A model generated the notes under the pieces. That model was given only the letters and a program-made list of their open reading frames with translations, ran no database searches and was not told the DNA's origin. A program made the position numbers and the translations under genes. Shown in pieces: positions 20,187 to 30,495 of a stretch of 64,000 nt of DNA; the stretch's first letter is position 1; every line of letters starts with the position of its first letter. The DNA is from a virus (Duplodnaviria > Caudoviricetes), in the IMG/VR virus record IMGVR_UViG_3300034062_005355; one strand, 5' to 3'.

Positions 20187-20551
20187 ATTTTTTTTATTGT
20201 TTTTCCATGAGGAACTGGTTGACCATTTTCATCAATACTAACAAATACCATTTTATCTATTTTTAATATTTCATTTTTGGTATCTTTTATTCTGGCGACA
20301 ACCTCTAAAATAACCGAAGTTCTACCAAATGAAACCACATCAACACCAATTTCAATAATATCGTTAAGATATGCTGGTTTCATAAAGTTAATTTCCGATA
20401 CCAATTTGGTAACAATTTTATTTGTTTCTAACTGACACATGGTATAGATTGATGCTTCTTCGTCAATCCATTTTAATAATTGTCCGCCAAACAAAGACCC
20501 ACCTGAATTGAGGTCTTCATATTTTATTAATTTCCTTGTTTTAAAGTTCAT
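20183..20551 (-). CDS. acyl-CoA thioesterase (hotdog fold)
   Basis: DLNSGGSLFGGQLLKWIDEEA...INFMKPAYLNDIIEI...GRTS...MVFVSIDENGQPVP. Confidence 0.85.
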   Translation of the reverse strand: MNFKTRKLIKYEDLNSGGSLFGGQLLKWIDEEASIYTMCQLETNKIVTKLVSEINFMKPAYLNDIIEIGVDVVSFGRTSVILEVVARIKDTKNEILKIDKMVFVSIDENGQPVPHGKTIKKI

Positions 20552-20561
20552 AATTCCATAA

Positions 20562-20762
20562 TTAATATTCTTTTTGTATCATAAATCCGTAGGTCCATCT
20601 CAACCAAGCAAATTGTAAACCAAATGCTGGTGTTGTTACACCTGTCTCTAAGAAAGTGTGTTTATCATACCAAATACTAATACAAGGTATAAACCAAATT
20701 CTACCTTTAAAAGATATGAAACTATTCTGTGCTATAAACCAATTTTTCATTATTTTTTGCAA
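20562..20762 (-). CDS. hypothetical protein
   Basis: 66-aa ORF in an operon. Confidence 0.5.
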   Translation of the reverse strand: MQKIMKNWFIAQNSFISFKGRIWFIPCISIWYDKHTFLETGVTTPAFGLQFAWLRWTYGFMIQKEY

Positions 20763-20904
20763 TTTTTAATGCTATATCATATATGTCAGCTCGACTACCA
20801 TTATGTTCTTTGGATAAAGAGTTAACTATTTCAAATACTTTAATTGTTAATCCCAATTTATGAGCTTCAATTAATGTTTCTTCTACTAATTCTTCGTTTG
20901 TCAT
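20722..20904 (-). CDS. hypothetical protein
   Basis: 60-aa ORF in an operon. Confidence 0.5.
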   Translation of the reverse strand: MTNEELVEETLIEAHKLGLTIKVFEIVNSLSKEHNGSRADIYDIALKIAKNNEKLVYSTE

Positions 20905-21104
20905 GATTTTTTCTTTATATTATTCCATTCCTCAATAATGTAAGTTATGTTATCGGATAAATAGTCCATCTTTGATAACCAATCTAATACTTCTTTACAC
21001 CCCAATTCATACGACTCTTCCATAGATTTTATCACACCATCTTTATCTAACATAAAGTTGTTACTTATGTTCTTTTCATAGATTTCTTGTAGTTTCTTTT
21101 CCAT
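20901..21104 (-). CDS. hypothetical protein
   Basis: 67-aa ORF in an operon. Confidence 0.5.
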   Translation of the reverse strand: MEKKLQEIYEKNISNNFMLDKDGVIKSMEESYELGCKEVLDWLSKMDYLSDNITYIIEEWNNIKKKS

Positions 21105-21106
21105 GG

Positions 21107-22219
21107 TTAAAGTTTTTTAAATTCAGGTTTAAGTATATTCCATATTATTTTGTCGTATGGTTTTCCATCCCACATTGCAAACATAACACTACGAAGGTTT
21201 GGATGTGAGTGTTTCATTACATGCTCCGCATACTCTTTCTTTGTTGGTTCCACTTCTCTATCAGTATATTTTCCATAACGGAAATAATAGTGAGATTTAC
21301 CACATTGTTCCGAGATTTGATAGTGAGCATACTTTAATTCATTCGCATAATTCTTTATTTTTTGATAAAATTCATCAGGAACATCTTTTAATAATTCATT
21401 TACATTATCACCATTTAACAACATTTCCCATATACCAGTTGTGGATATGTTTGTCATTATTCTATGGAGACGTATGTATTCTTCACCTTTGATTTTCATT
21501 CGGTCTCCATTTGAGAAACGAACAACAAATCCTTCGGCATTATTATCGACTAAAGATTTCAATGATGTATAATCTTTAATTCCATCATATCTTTTAACGA
21601 TATTTATACCAATGTTATTCAATAGATTTTTGAACCTAATATCATCACTATTATCTGAATGTATATTAACCTCATAACCACTTTTGGTGTGTATCATTCC
21701 AAGTAAAATCAAATCCTCAAAATCGTATCTACACACTATTCTGTTCTCAGAATAAATTATCTCAAAGAGATAAGTGTAGCCAGGATGTAATTTATTATAG
21801 TCATATTTTTCAAGTAATTTACGACCTTTTATAGATTGTTCTGATGTAAATGAACCGCGAGTTGAAAGTATCCATTCACCTTCGTAGTTGAATAGTACCC
21901 CCAAAGAACCATCCATTTTCTCATGAACCTCAAACTCTGTAGTTGGAGTGTGTTTATCCTCCTCGATATTAAAGAATTTTTTAAATGGTCTTGCAACCAC
22001 ATTACCATCATTATCTGTTACCAATCCACGACATTGGGTGGTTATATCATCCCAAAGGTTAGAATATTGCGTATTAGGAGTATAATTCCATATGGTTAAT
22101 GGTAATGTCGGATGTGTTTGTTTATATAACAAACCATCCTCATAATACTGATTCAATGTTAGTAAAAATTCATTCATAACACAAAGATAGTAATTTTTTT
22201 GAAATAAAAAAATCCCCAC
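21107..22219 (-). CDS. rnlA: T4 Rnl1-like RNA ligase
   Basis: IWNY...CRGLV...VARPFKKFFN...EKMDGSL...YLFEII...EGFV...MKIK; true start probably MNEFLLT (22179). Confidence 0.85.
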   Translation of the reverse strand: MGIFLFQKNYYLCVMNEFLLTLNQYYEDGLLYKQTHPTLPLTIWNYTPNTQYSNLWDDITTQCRGLVTDNDGNVVARPFKKFFNIEEDKHTPTTEFEVHEKMDGSLGVLFNYEGEWILSTRGSFTSEQSIKGRKLLEKYDYNKLHPGYTYLFEIIYSENRIVCRYDFEDLILLGMIHTKSGYEVNIHSDNSDDIRFKNLLNNIGINIVKRYDGIKDYTSLKSLVDNNAEGFVVRFSNGDRMKIKGEEYIRLHRIMTNISTTGIWEMLLNGDNVNELLKDVPDEFYQKIKNYANELKYAHYQISEQCGKSHYYFRYGKYTDREVEPTKKEYAEHVMKHSHPNLRSVMFAMWDGKPYDKIIWNILKPEFKKL

Positions 22220-22248
22220 CGATTAAGATGAGGATTTTTTTACATTTT

Positions 22249-22467
22249 TTACTTAATGATTAACATGTTTGTGTTTGAAATAGGAACCCTCATGACAGGA
22301 ATTGCTGAAATAGCATTTTCATCCATTTTTTGCATGATTTCATAATGGGCTACATTAACTTTGACTGTTGATACGTTATCAAAAGTTTCTAATACGGTTG
22401 AAGATCCTCTTGGTCCATCTAATAGTTGAACTTGTTTTGTTGTTGTGTTGAATGTAAGTGTTTGCAT
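22249..22467 (-). CDS. hypothetical protein
   Basis: 72-aa ORF. Confidence 0.6.
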   Translation of the reverse strand: MQTLTFNTTTKQVQLLDGPRGSSTVLETFDNVSTVKVNVAHYEIMQKMDENAISAIPVMRVPISNTNMLIIK

Positions 22468-22474
22468 ATGTTTT

Positions 22475-22873
22475 TTATTTTATTTTTATTTCGAATCTAT
22501 CATTCATTTGTTGGAGTTTTTCATCTGGTACTCCGTGTTGATTCACTCCACCATGTCGGTTTTCCACAATAATACTGAAAACCTGATATTCCCACTCTTT
22601 CGCCATATCCATATATGGTTTCATTTCCCATTCTTGGGTGAATGTGTTTGATACAATAATTGTTTCAAAGTCGTTAAAATTCATCCAATGTTCAACAACA
22701 TCCTGACACCAGTTATGGGCATCTTTTATTTTTGAACCATCAAATTTATATTCACCATCTTTTACGAAAAACATATCCGATTCAATATGTCCTGTTGATT
22801 CATTTGATATTGATTTGGCAAATGTTGATTTTCCTGATCCTGGTAATCCTCTCAATAAGATTAATTTTTTCAT
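22475..22873 (-). CDS. polynucleotide kinase-like P-loop kinase (stand-alone kinase domain)
   Basis: LILLRGLPGSGKST...IIVSNTF...HGVP..KLQQM; co-oriented with the RNA ligase. Confidence 0.8.
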   Translation of the reverse strand: MKKLILLRGLPGSGKSTFAKSISNESTGHIESDMFFVKDGEYKFDGSKIKDAHNWCQDVVEHWMNFNDFETIIVSNTFTQEWEMKPYMDMAKEWEYQVFSIIVENRHGGVNQHGVPDEKLQQMNDRFEIKIK

Positions 22874-22916
22874 ATTATTCGTTTAATTCCTGAAAAATAT
22901 AGGTCTTTTATTTTAA

Positions 22917-23111
22917 TTAGACAAATAATTTTTCATATTCTTTTCTACCCTGACACTTTGTTTTTTCTTTAACATCCCAAAGATTTGTCCCACCACCTTC
23001 AGTCATATGACAATTGTGAGATTTGTTTGTTTTTTTTGAGAAATTAATAATCGTATTATTATGGTTATTTTTAATAACCCAAGGACACTCTTTACAAGGT
23101 TTCTTATTCAT
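22917..23111 (-). CDS. small Cys/His-rich protein
   Basis: KPCKECPW...HNCH. Confidence 0.5.
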   Translation of the reverse strand: MNKKPCKECPWVIKNNHNNTIINFSKKTNKSHNCHMTEGGGTNLWDVKEKTKCQGRKEYEKLFV

Positions 23112-23625
23112 AACACAAATCTAACACTTTTTCCTCAAACCACAAAGGTTTTTCTCTACCTTTCCAAACAGCAAATCCTGATTTTGCTCCCATATAATAA
23201 TTCCTATATGATTGAACAATTGATTTTACTTTAAATTCGTCAGGCATTGCCTTTGCCGGTTCAGTAAAACCAATATCAGGTATGTTTGGTTTATTAACCA
23301 AACACCATTCAATAACATCTTGAGATTTATGTCGTTTACCGTATCGGTAGGTATATTCATTACACAACTCCAAACCTAATTCACATAAATAAAGATAGTT
23401 GGATAAACTCTCACGAGCCCAAATAGAACATGGATGGTTTTTGTGTGATAACTTGTACGGTACATGTGCGGTATCATGTGCGGTATCATGTGCGGTATCA
23501 TGTGCGGTTACATGATGAACACCGCATAAAAGTTGTGCAGTTTCCAATATCATTTTAACAACATGTTTATCAACATGATATTGAGCACACTTTTTTACAT
23601 CATAATCGAGGAAAAATATATTCAT
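23104..23625 (-). CDS. pyrimidine-dimer DNA glycosylase (DenV-related)-like protein
   Basis: MNIFFLD...DKHVVKMILETAQLL...HKNHPCSIWAR...YRNYY. Confidence 0.6.
   Translation of the reverse strand: MNIFFLDYDVKKCAQYHVDKHVVKMILETAQLLCGVHHVTAHDTAHDTAHDTAHVPYKLSHKNHPCSIWARESLSNYLYLCELGLELCNEYTYRYGKRHKSQDVIEWCLVNKPNIPDIGFTEPAKAMPDEFKVKSIVQSYRNYYMGAKSGFAVWKGREKPLWFEEKVLDLCYE
23463..23510. repeat. 12-bp tandem repeat x4 (encodes TAHD)
   Basis: CATGTGCGGTAT x3 plus CATGTGCGGTTA. Confidence 0.9.
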
Positions 23626-23641
23626 ACGCCAAAGGTACGAA

Positions 23642-23896
23642 TTATTCTGTAATTAAAAAAATTGGATTTTGTTCACCAGCATAAAGACCCAAAATATTGT
23701 AGTCATAAAACTCTTCGGATTCAGACCATGTCATTCCGTCTCGTTCACATAAAATAGTTAAAATTTTATGTTTTGAATATAAAATTCTTGGTCCATTACC
23801 AAATTCTTCAACAACTCCAAGTATTGCTTCATCTAATCCATCAAGTTTGATGGCTCCTTCAGCTATTTCATCAATGTCGTAATCTTCAATATTCAT
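23642..23896 (-). CDS. hypothetical phage protein
   Basis: 84-aa ORF. Confidence 0.6.
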   Translation of the reverse strand: MNIEDYDIDEIAEGAIKLDGLDEAILGVVEEFGNGPRILYSKHKILTILCERDGMTWSESEEFYDYNILGLYAGEQNPIFLITE

Positions 23897-24072
23897 TTTA
23901 TATTTTTAAAGTGATAAGAAAAAACAGAAGAGTCCAAAGTTCGGCGAAAGTAAAGTACCAAGATACTATCAAAAAAATGAGAACTCTCCATGTTTGATAT
24001 AATTATAAATCTAAGTTTTATGATAGTCAAACAAAAATTGAGTTTTTGTAGGTATTTATAAATAAAAAAATT

Positions 24073-25506
24073 ATGAGAGGATATTTTGGATTAGGTCAAT
24101 TATCTGCAGCTGAAAAGTCAGATATTTTAGACCAACACAAGAGTGTATACAATGGTTACCAAACAATGCAACCACAGGTGTCTAACACACAGCCATTAAC
24201 AGTATATGACTTTGCTGGTGATAAAGAAGGTTTAGTTGTTAATAATAAAGGTGAAGTTAAAAAATACACCAATATGGGAATCAACGAACAAGTTGAGACC
24301 AAAGAAGTTTGTGATGATTGCGGAGCAATGATTATGGATGGTATGTGTACCGAATGTAATTACGGTCATATGGAAGAATCATACCTTGAAGAAGGTAATA
24401 TGTGCGAACAATGTGGTGGTACCATGAAAGAAGATGTTTGCGAGCAATGTGGTTCAGGAAAAATGGAAGAAGAAACTGGTCATTTAGATGACATTTATAA
24501 AGTAAGAGATTTAAACCTTAAAAAAGGTGATTACGATTACGTTGAAGGTGGCGGGAATGATTACGGAACATTTGAGGGAATGCACAAAAATCTTTATAAA
24601 GAACAAGATAGTTACGATTATAAAGACCGAAGTATGTATGACCCATATTATGGTGATGATGATGATGATTTTATGGATTATGAATCTTCTTACACAGAAG
24701 ACGGTATGGATGACCCAGATAATGAAGATGACGGATATGAAGATATGAACGCATCTGAAGTTACTGATGGTGAAATGGATGAGATTGATATCAAAGATTT
24801 AGTAAAAGGAAAAAAATACAGATATAAATCACCTTCACATCAAGATGATGTTGAATTCGGTGATGAGCGTGAATATCACGATGGTAAAAATATGTACGGA
24901 TTTAAAGGTGGTGACACAGGATACTCATTAGGTAAAAGAGGTGTTGAAGATTTCATTAATAATTTAGATGATGAAGATGAGGAACTTTACGAACAAGGAT
25001 TTACTGGTGGTGGAAACGCTCCTGACATGGATTTAAGTAATATTGACCCAGGTTATGATTTTGAATCTGATGGTCCAGACCAATTTCAAAAATCATCTGA
25101 CAACCTTGATGTTGAGGATGAAGATGAAGAATCAGAAACACCGGCATTTGATTTTGAATCAGGAGGTCCAAATAGTGGTTATCCTGTTTTTGAAGATGAT
25201 ATGTATGGATATGACCCAGAAAAAGATTACGAAACAATGGAGTCTGCATGGGATGACGATGAGGGAGAATTAGACGAACAACCAGATATCTCAGGAGCAC
25301 AAGGAATCTATGGTGCCATGAAAAAAGCATATGATTTTGATAGCGATGGGCCTGGTAAAGGTGGACCTTATCAAGAATTTTCATACGAAAGTGAGTTAGA
25401 TGAAGAGGATGAGTTTGAAGAAGTTGATGAAGACCTTAAAGAATCATTAATCAATCAAAAAAACAAGATTATTGAAATGTTTAATAGAATAAAAAAATAT
25501 AATTAA
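24073..25506 (+). CDS. highly acidic protein with three tandem CxxC-x(7-9)-CxxC zinc ribbons
   Basis: CDDCG..MCTEC, CEQCGG..VCEQCG; D/E-rich; TATTTATA at 24053-24060. Confidence 0.75.
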   Translation: MRGYFGLGQLSAAEKSDILDQHKSVYNGYQTMQPQVSNTQPLTVYDFAGDKEGLVVNNKGEVKKYTNMGINEQVETKEVCDDCGAMIMDGMCTECNYGHMEESYLEEGNMCEQCGGTMKEDVCEQCGSGKMEEETGHLDDIYKVRDLNLKKGDYDYVEGGGNDYGTFEGMHKNLYKEQDSYDYKDRSMYDPYYGDDDDDFMDYESSYTEDGMDDPDNEDDGYEDMNASEVTDGEMDEIDIKDLVKGKKYRYKSPSHQDDVEFGDEREYHDGKNMYGFKGGDTGYSLGKRGVEDFINNLDDEDEELYEQGFTGGGNAPDMDLSNIDPGYDFESDGPDQFQKSSDNLDVEDEDEESETPAFDFESGGPNSGYPVFEDDMYGYDPEKDYETMESAWDDDEGELDEQPDISGAQGIYGAMKKAYDFDSDGPGKGGPYQEFSYESELDEEDEFEEVDEDLKESLINQKNKIIEMFNRIKKYN

Positions 25507-25510
25507 AAAT

Positions 25511-25540
25511 AAAACCCTAACAAAATTAGGGTTTTTTTTT
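25511..25540 (+). terminator. intrinsic terminator
   Basis: AAAACCCTAA-CAAAA-TTAGGGTTTT followed by a T run. Confidence 0.7.
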
Positions 25541-25593
25541 GTGTCATTTTTGTTTTTACTCATTTTCCTGATATTTGTTAGTAAATTAAACAT

Positions 25594-25903
25594 TATGGAA
25601 ATTAAAGAAATTGTTTCATATTTTTTAAATGTGGAATCAAACATTTTGGAAGTATCATTTAGAACTATTAATGATGAAGATGATGTTCTTAGAACAGATA
25701 ATATTGATTATTCAATAGCTGAAGAGTACGGATTTATTCTTGAAACCGAAGATTTCGGATTTTATGACGATGAATTTGACGAAGAAGAAGATTTGTTTGA
25801 AGAATCTTCAAAAATTGAATTGGATGAAGATGAACTTATTTCGTTTTTAAATGAATATTACGAGATAAATCCAAAATCATTACCAAAACCTGAATTATAT
25901 TAA
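25594..25903 (+). CDS. acidic hypothetical protein
   Basis: ORF 25541-25903; likely start MEIKEIV at ~25595, after a TAnnTTTG box. Confidence 0.55.
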
Positions 25904-26433
25904 GGACCAACTCTGGTTAAATACAAAGTCATAACTTGTTTTTCACCAAAAACACCTTTAAACCAAGATCCTGCACTTCTTAATTGGAGGGATTCAAAAC
26001 CATCATCCTCAATTAAAAAAGTTAATGTTCTTGCGGAACCATCTAAAGTAACATAATCAAATTGTAAAAATCCGCTATTATAAGAATTGTTAGATAATAT
26101 TCTGTAGAATATTTCATTTGGTGATGAACCGTATTGCCAAAGGTCTCTACCTGTAGGATTAACACCTAACTGATTCATTCTAACAGTTGAATAATCAAAA
26201 TGAAGGTAGAAACGATTAATAAATATTGAATCTATTGGGTCAGGTAATATAGGATTAACATATACATCACCAATTGTGTATAATGAGTCCCTTGTTTGAT
26301 TTTGGTCAACGTTGGTAATGTTCAATTTTGACACGACATATTTACCACTTAAAGTTACATCACTTGTTTCTAATACAAACTTTTCACAAGATGTAAGTAA
26401 AAATAAAACTAATATAAGATATAATTTTCCCAT
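25900..26433 (-). CDS. lipoprotein
   Basis: lipobox LLTSC. Confidence 0.65.
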   Translation of the reverse strand: MGKLYLILVLFLLTSCEKFVLETSDVTLSGKYVVSKLNITNVDQNQTRDSLYTIGDVYVNPILPDPIDSIFINRFYLHFDYSTVRMNQLGVNPTGRDLWQYGSSPNEIFYRILSNNSYNSGFLQFDYVTLDGSARTLTFLIEDDGFESLQLRSAGSWFKGVFGEKQVMTLYLTRVGP

Positions 26434-26480
26434 GGAACAAATATACTAAATCTTTTCTAATAATAAAAATATTTATTACT

Positions 26481-26729
26481 ATGAATTTAGACGTAGATTT
26501 TTTAATAGATTTTTTCAACAAGTATTCAAGTAAGGATTCTAAAAAAGAAATGGGAGAACAAGAAGCGGCCGCAGCAGCACCATCATCACCATCATCAGGA
26601 GGTGGAGGAAGTGTACCTAAATGGTCAGATTCGTATCAAACAAAAAGAGGTAAAGCTAATATGTTAGGTAAAGGTGGAGAAAAATGGAATACAGGATTAA
26701 CCAGAGGTTCCGCAAACCAAATTTGGTAA
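26481..26729 (+). CDS. hypothetical late protein
   Basis: TATTTAT at 26470-26476. Confidence 0.6.
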   Translation: MNLDVDFLIDFFNKYSSKDSKKEMGEQEAAAAAPSSPSSGGGGSVPKWSDSYQTKRGKANMLGKGGEKWNTGLTRGSANQIW

Positions 26730-26758
26730 TAACGATATATTTATAATAAAAAAAGATT

Positions 26759-27550
26759 ATGGTACAACCCAATTATAGCCCGCAAGAATCATTAGAGAGG
26801 GTAAAATTAATGATGAAGTATGATACTTCAAAAACATTAAATGAAAATAAAGGAATAATTAAAGAACAAGATAATACTGATGCCGATGTTGGAGAAATTC
26901 AGAGAGAATTAGACGAATTTAATTCAAATGAGCAAAAAATTGTAGATATTATCAAAAAATATAATAATAAGTCGTCATTCCAAAACTTTTTAAACAAATA
27001 TAAAACAATTACAGGAAAAGATTTTGGTGAAGATGTATATAGGGCAATAAGACCTAATACGGATCCGACTGAGTGGAACGATTTAAAAACTCACTTATCA
27101 TCTTTTGGAATTACTTTAGGAAAATCAGTGAATTCACAAAGTCGTGGAATAGCAACCTTCCAAGGGTTAAGTGATCAAAAAGACACAGACAACTCAAAAA
27201 TAAGTGGAGGAACAGATAATTCAGGTGGTAGTAAATACACTTCATGCCCTGATACATTACCAATTAAACAATTTTGTAAAAATGAAACCATTAAAAAAGT
27301 TCAAGCTTGTTTAAGAATGCCAATAAAATATCAAACAGGTAATTTTGGTCCTATAACACAAAAGGCTTTAGAAGGTAAAGGTCAAGATGGGACAACAATT
27401 ACAACTGAAACAATTGTTGCAGTATGTGGTAATTCAGCAGCAGGAACACCAGCAGCAGGAACACCAGCAGCAGGAACACCAGCAACAGGAACAACTCCTG
27501 AAGTTGATGGTGAAATAATCACTATAGATGGGACTAAACAGGATTTTTAA
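26759..27550 (+). CDS. late protein with degenerate PG-binding-like segment and AAGTP repeats
   Basis: IKKVQACL...GNFGPITQKAL; TATTTATA at 26738-26745. Confidence 0.6.
   Translation: MVQPNYSPQESLERVKLMMKYDTSKTLNENKGIIKEQDNTDADVGEIQRELDEFNSNEQKIVDIIKKYNNKSSFQNFLNKYKTITGKDFGEDVYRAIRPNTDPTEWNDLKTHLSSFGITLGKSVNSQSRGIATFQGLSDQKDTDNSKISGGTDNSGGSKYTSCPDTLPIKQFCKNETIKKVQACLRMPIKYQTGNFGPITQKALEGKGQDGTTITTETIVAVCGNSAAGTPAAGTPAAGTPATGTTPEVDGEIITIDGTKQDF
27437..27496 (+). repeat. 15-bp tandem repeat x4 (AAGTP)
   Basis: GCAGCAGGAACACCA x3 plus one degenerate copy. Confidence 0.85.
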
Positions 27551-27561
27551 AAATTAAAAAA

Positions 27562-28653
27562 ATGAATAAATTTAACTTACAAGAAGGTGAAAAAAGTCGA
27601 ATACTTTCAATGCATAAAGCATTGATTAAAGAACAATTAGCAGGTAGTGGTGACCCCAAACCACCTGCAACACCTGAAACCCCTGCAGCACCTAAAGCAC
27701 CAACTCCAGACGTACCAAAATCAATAGAAGACCAATTACAGGGATTTATTGATAATGGTTGTGTTAAGAATGGTAATGTTGTTAAGATGAGATCAGGTAA
27801 ATCTGCAATTAAACAAGAAAGTACAAAAACACCTGGTAAATTTAGATACTTTTTTATTGACAATACTGTTGGTATGGCTGATGAAACAGGTAAATTTCAA
27901 ATATTACCAAATAAATGGGCATGTAATACAGCTGCGATTGCGGCAACTAATACAACTCAAAAATTAAGTGATGATGTTTTACAAGAGAAGAAAAATAAAG
28001 AAGGTTGGATGGAATATAGTGAATTACCTGGTAAAGGTTATAGTCAATTAGAAGCAGACCAAGGAAAATATACAACAGAAAAATTTAAAACTAAGACAGG
28101 TCAAGTAATTACACTTTACAAACCAAAAACTGGTGCGGTGATGGGTGGACAACAACAAGGAATGTCCGCAGAACAAAAGGCATTTATTACTAAATGGGAA
28201 GGAAAGAAAGGTAAACTTAAATTAACACCTGAAGAACAAGCGTCACGACTTTATAGACAAATTGAAATACCTGGAAGTAGAGAAGTTACAGGATGGGAAA
28301 CAACAGGTTTAAAAATGTTTTTTTCAGTTGATGATATAAAAGACATTTCAGGTGAGAGTAAAGACTTAAAGACAACAATTGAAAATCAAAGAATATCATT
28401 AGATGAGTGTAAGGCATTTGTTGACCAATTCTTTGCAGGATACCAAGATGATACAGATATTCCTGATTTTGATATTGTAAAACGTAAAGTTCAAAGATGT
28501 AAGTCATTATATTCACCAAATCCTACCAAAAATAGAAAAAATAAATGGGGAATATTCTCAGGTCAAAAAAATAAAATTGATATTTTAAGTGGCTTAGTTG
28601 TAGGTCAAGGACCGTCAAGAAGAGGTGAAGACGCTAAATGGAGATTAAACTAA
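27562..28653 (+). CDS. hypothetical protein
   Basis: 363-aa ORF. Confidence 0.7.
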   Translation: MNKFNLQEGEKSRILSMHKALIKEQLAGSGDPKPPATPETPAAPKAPTPDVPKSIEDQLQGFIDNGCVKNGNVVKMRSGKSAIKQESTKTPGKFRYFFIDNTVGMADETGKFQILPNKWACNTAAIAATNTTQKLSDDVLQEKKNKEGWMEYSELPGKGYSQLEADQGKYTTEKFKTKTGQVITLYKPKTGAVMGGQQQGMSAEQKAFITKWEGKKGKLKLTPEEQASRLYRQIEIPGSREVTGWETTGLKMFFSVDDIKDISGESKDLKTTIENQRISLDECKAFVDQFFAGYQDDTDIPDFDIVKRKVQRCKSLYSPNPTKNRKNKWGIFSGQKNKIDILSGLVVGQGPSRRGEDAKWRLN

Positions 28654-28660
28654 TATACTT

Positions 28661-29338
28661 ATGTTAGAAAAAAAGGTAAGAAAGTCTTTAATTGAGACTA
28701 AAGAAAGAAAGGAAAAACTTTTAATTGAGGAAACTTTAATTAAAAATAGACTTTCGATAATACTTGAAGGTGTTAATAGTGATAAAGAGTTTAAATCTTT
28801 ATCAGAAAAAAAACAACTTAGAATAAGTTCAAAATTTATTCAAGAACTTTCTTATTTACAAGAAACAAAATTAATTAATGAACAAAATTTAGGTTCATTA
28901 ATGCAATCATTATTTGGTGGATGGTTTGGTAATTTAACTCAAACAATTTTTGAACCAATGTTTAGTAAAATACTAACACCATTATTTGGTGAAGGATTTT
29001 TTACTGATTTTTTAACATCGTATTTAACATCAAGACCATCAGATGTTATAAAATCTTTTAATGATTGTAAATTAATGACAAAATTAATTGCACAAGGAGT
29101 TGCTGAAGCAATTGCAATGCAAGTAATGAGAAGTAAAGGTTTGACTGGTTCAGGTTATGTATTTATTAGAAATACCATGGGCGACGTTTTAACAGGGACT
29201 GAATTTATTTCAGGTATTGAAAAAGGTCTTGAGAATACTGTTTGTAGTATACTTGGTAAATTTAGTGATAATGCCGAAAAAGTTGTTGAAAAAGTAAAAG
29301 GGAATTCTGTAGATAATACAAAACCCGCAGTTAGTTAA
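28661..29338 (+). CDS. hypothetical protein
   Basis: 225-aa ORF. Confidence 0.7.
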   Translation: MLEKKVRKSLIETKERKEKLLIEETLIKNRLSIILEGVNSDKEFKSLSEKKQLRISSKFIQELSYLQETKLINEQNLGSLMQSLFGGWFGNLTQTIFEPMFSKILTPLFGEGFFTDFLTSYLTSRPSDVIKSFNDCKLMTKLIAQGVAEAIAMQVMRSKGLTGSGYVFIRNTMGDVLTGTEFISGIEKGLENTVCSILGKFSDNAEKVVEKVKGNSVDNTKPAVS

Positions 29339-29433
29339 CCACGGGTAAAAGGAAATTCAAAGAGTGAAGACTCTTGAATATAAATGAGAACTAAAACAAA
29401 GGGGGGTGTTCTAAAATCTCAAAATAAGAGGGG

Positions 29434-30111
29434 CTAATTACCCTTCTTTTTTGTTACAATCTCATCAATTAATCCGTAATCAAGAGTTTCTTGTGACGAG
29501 AACCATAAATCTCTGTCAGCGTCAATTTTTATTTGATCTGATGACTTTCCACAATATTCTCCAAGTAAATTAAAGATGGTATCGTTAATTTTAGTCCATT
29601 CTTCAAAATTTACTTTTGCATCTGCGTAAGTACCTTGAAACCCTGACGATGATTGGTGTATCATAGTTCTTGAAAAGTTAAGTGAGCTTCTCTTACCTTT
29701 TGTTCCTGCGCCTAACAATACAGCTCCCATAGATGCACACATACCAACATTAACTGTTCTAACATCGCATGTAATGTAATTCATTACATCAATCATACTT
29801 AATCCCGATTTTATACTCCCACCACCACTATCCAAATGAAGTGTAATGTCTAACTTATCTGTATTATCCAAAAACATAAGCTGTGCTTGAACAACAGTGG
29901 ACATTTTATCATTTACAGGTCCTGCGGCCCACAATATACGGTCACGAAGCAACCTCGAAAAAATATCCATTTGAGTTACTCTCATCTCTCTTTCTTCCAA
30001 AATATATGGAGTCATTGAAGATTCGATTTGTTGTGTAAAGTAATCCAAGTGTGATGATGGTTTACCTAAATGTTTTGTGTAATACGATTGAAATTCTTGT
30101 CCGTAATTCAT
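29434..30111 (-). CDS. clpP: ATP-dependent Clp protease proteolytic subunit
   Basis: MDIFSRLLRDRI...QAQLMFLD...SGGGS...GMCASMGAVLL...MIHQ...DRDLW. Confidence 0.95.
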   Translation of the reverse strand: MNYGQEFQSYYTKHLGKPSSHLDYFTQQIESSMTPYILEEREMRVTQMDIFSRLLRDRILWAAGPVNDKMSTVVQAQLMFLDNTDKLDITLHLDSGGGSIKSGLSMIDVMNYITCDVRTVNVGMCASMGAVLLGAGTKGKRSSLNFSRTMIHQSSSGFQGTYADAKVNFEEWTKINDTIFNLLGEYCGKSSDQIKIDADRDLWFSSQETLDYGLIDEIVTKKKGN

Positions 30112-30166
30112 GTTATTTTTATTTTTTTATACAAATATAAGGGAAATATTGAGTAATACAAATATT

Positions 30167-30457
30167 TTATTCGATTTCAGGTTCTTGAGTTTCTTCAGGG
30201 TTTGGGCCTAAATTAACCGCCATACCTTCTTCAACATCTTCATCACATTTAAAAATGTGGATTTGGTTATTTTGTCTGAATACGATTACTTTTTTAACAT
30301 CGTCTCCCAACTTAACATCTCCATTAACATCAACAACAATACCTTCGTCTTCTTTGAAGATAAGACCTAATGCTCTTGCGAACAACATTGATGCGTTTAG
30401 TAAATCTTGAGGGTTTTGTTCTTGCCCTGCTTGTTCTGGGTTTGTGTAATTTTCCAT
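30167..30457 (-). CDS. hypothetical protein
   Basis: 96-aa ORF. Confidence 0.6.
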   Translation of the reverse strand: MENYTNPEQAGQEQNPQDLLNASMLFARALGLIFKEDEGIVVDVNGDVKLGDDVKKVIVFRQNNQIHIFKCDEDVEEGMAVNLGPNPEETQEPEIE

Positions 30458-30495
30458 TTTTTAATTTTTCTTTTTTATAATTTTAGTAATTTTTT

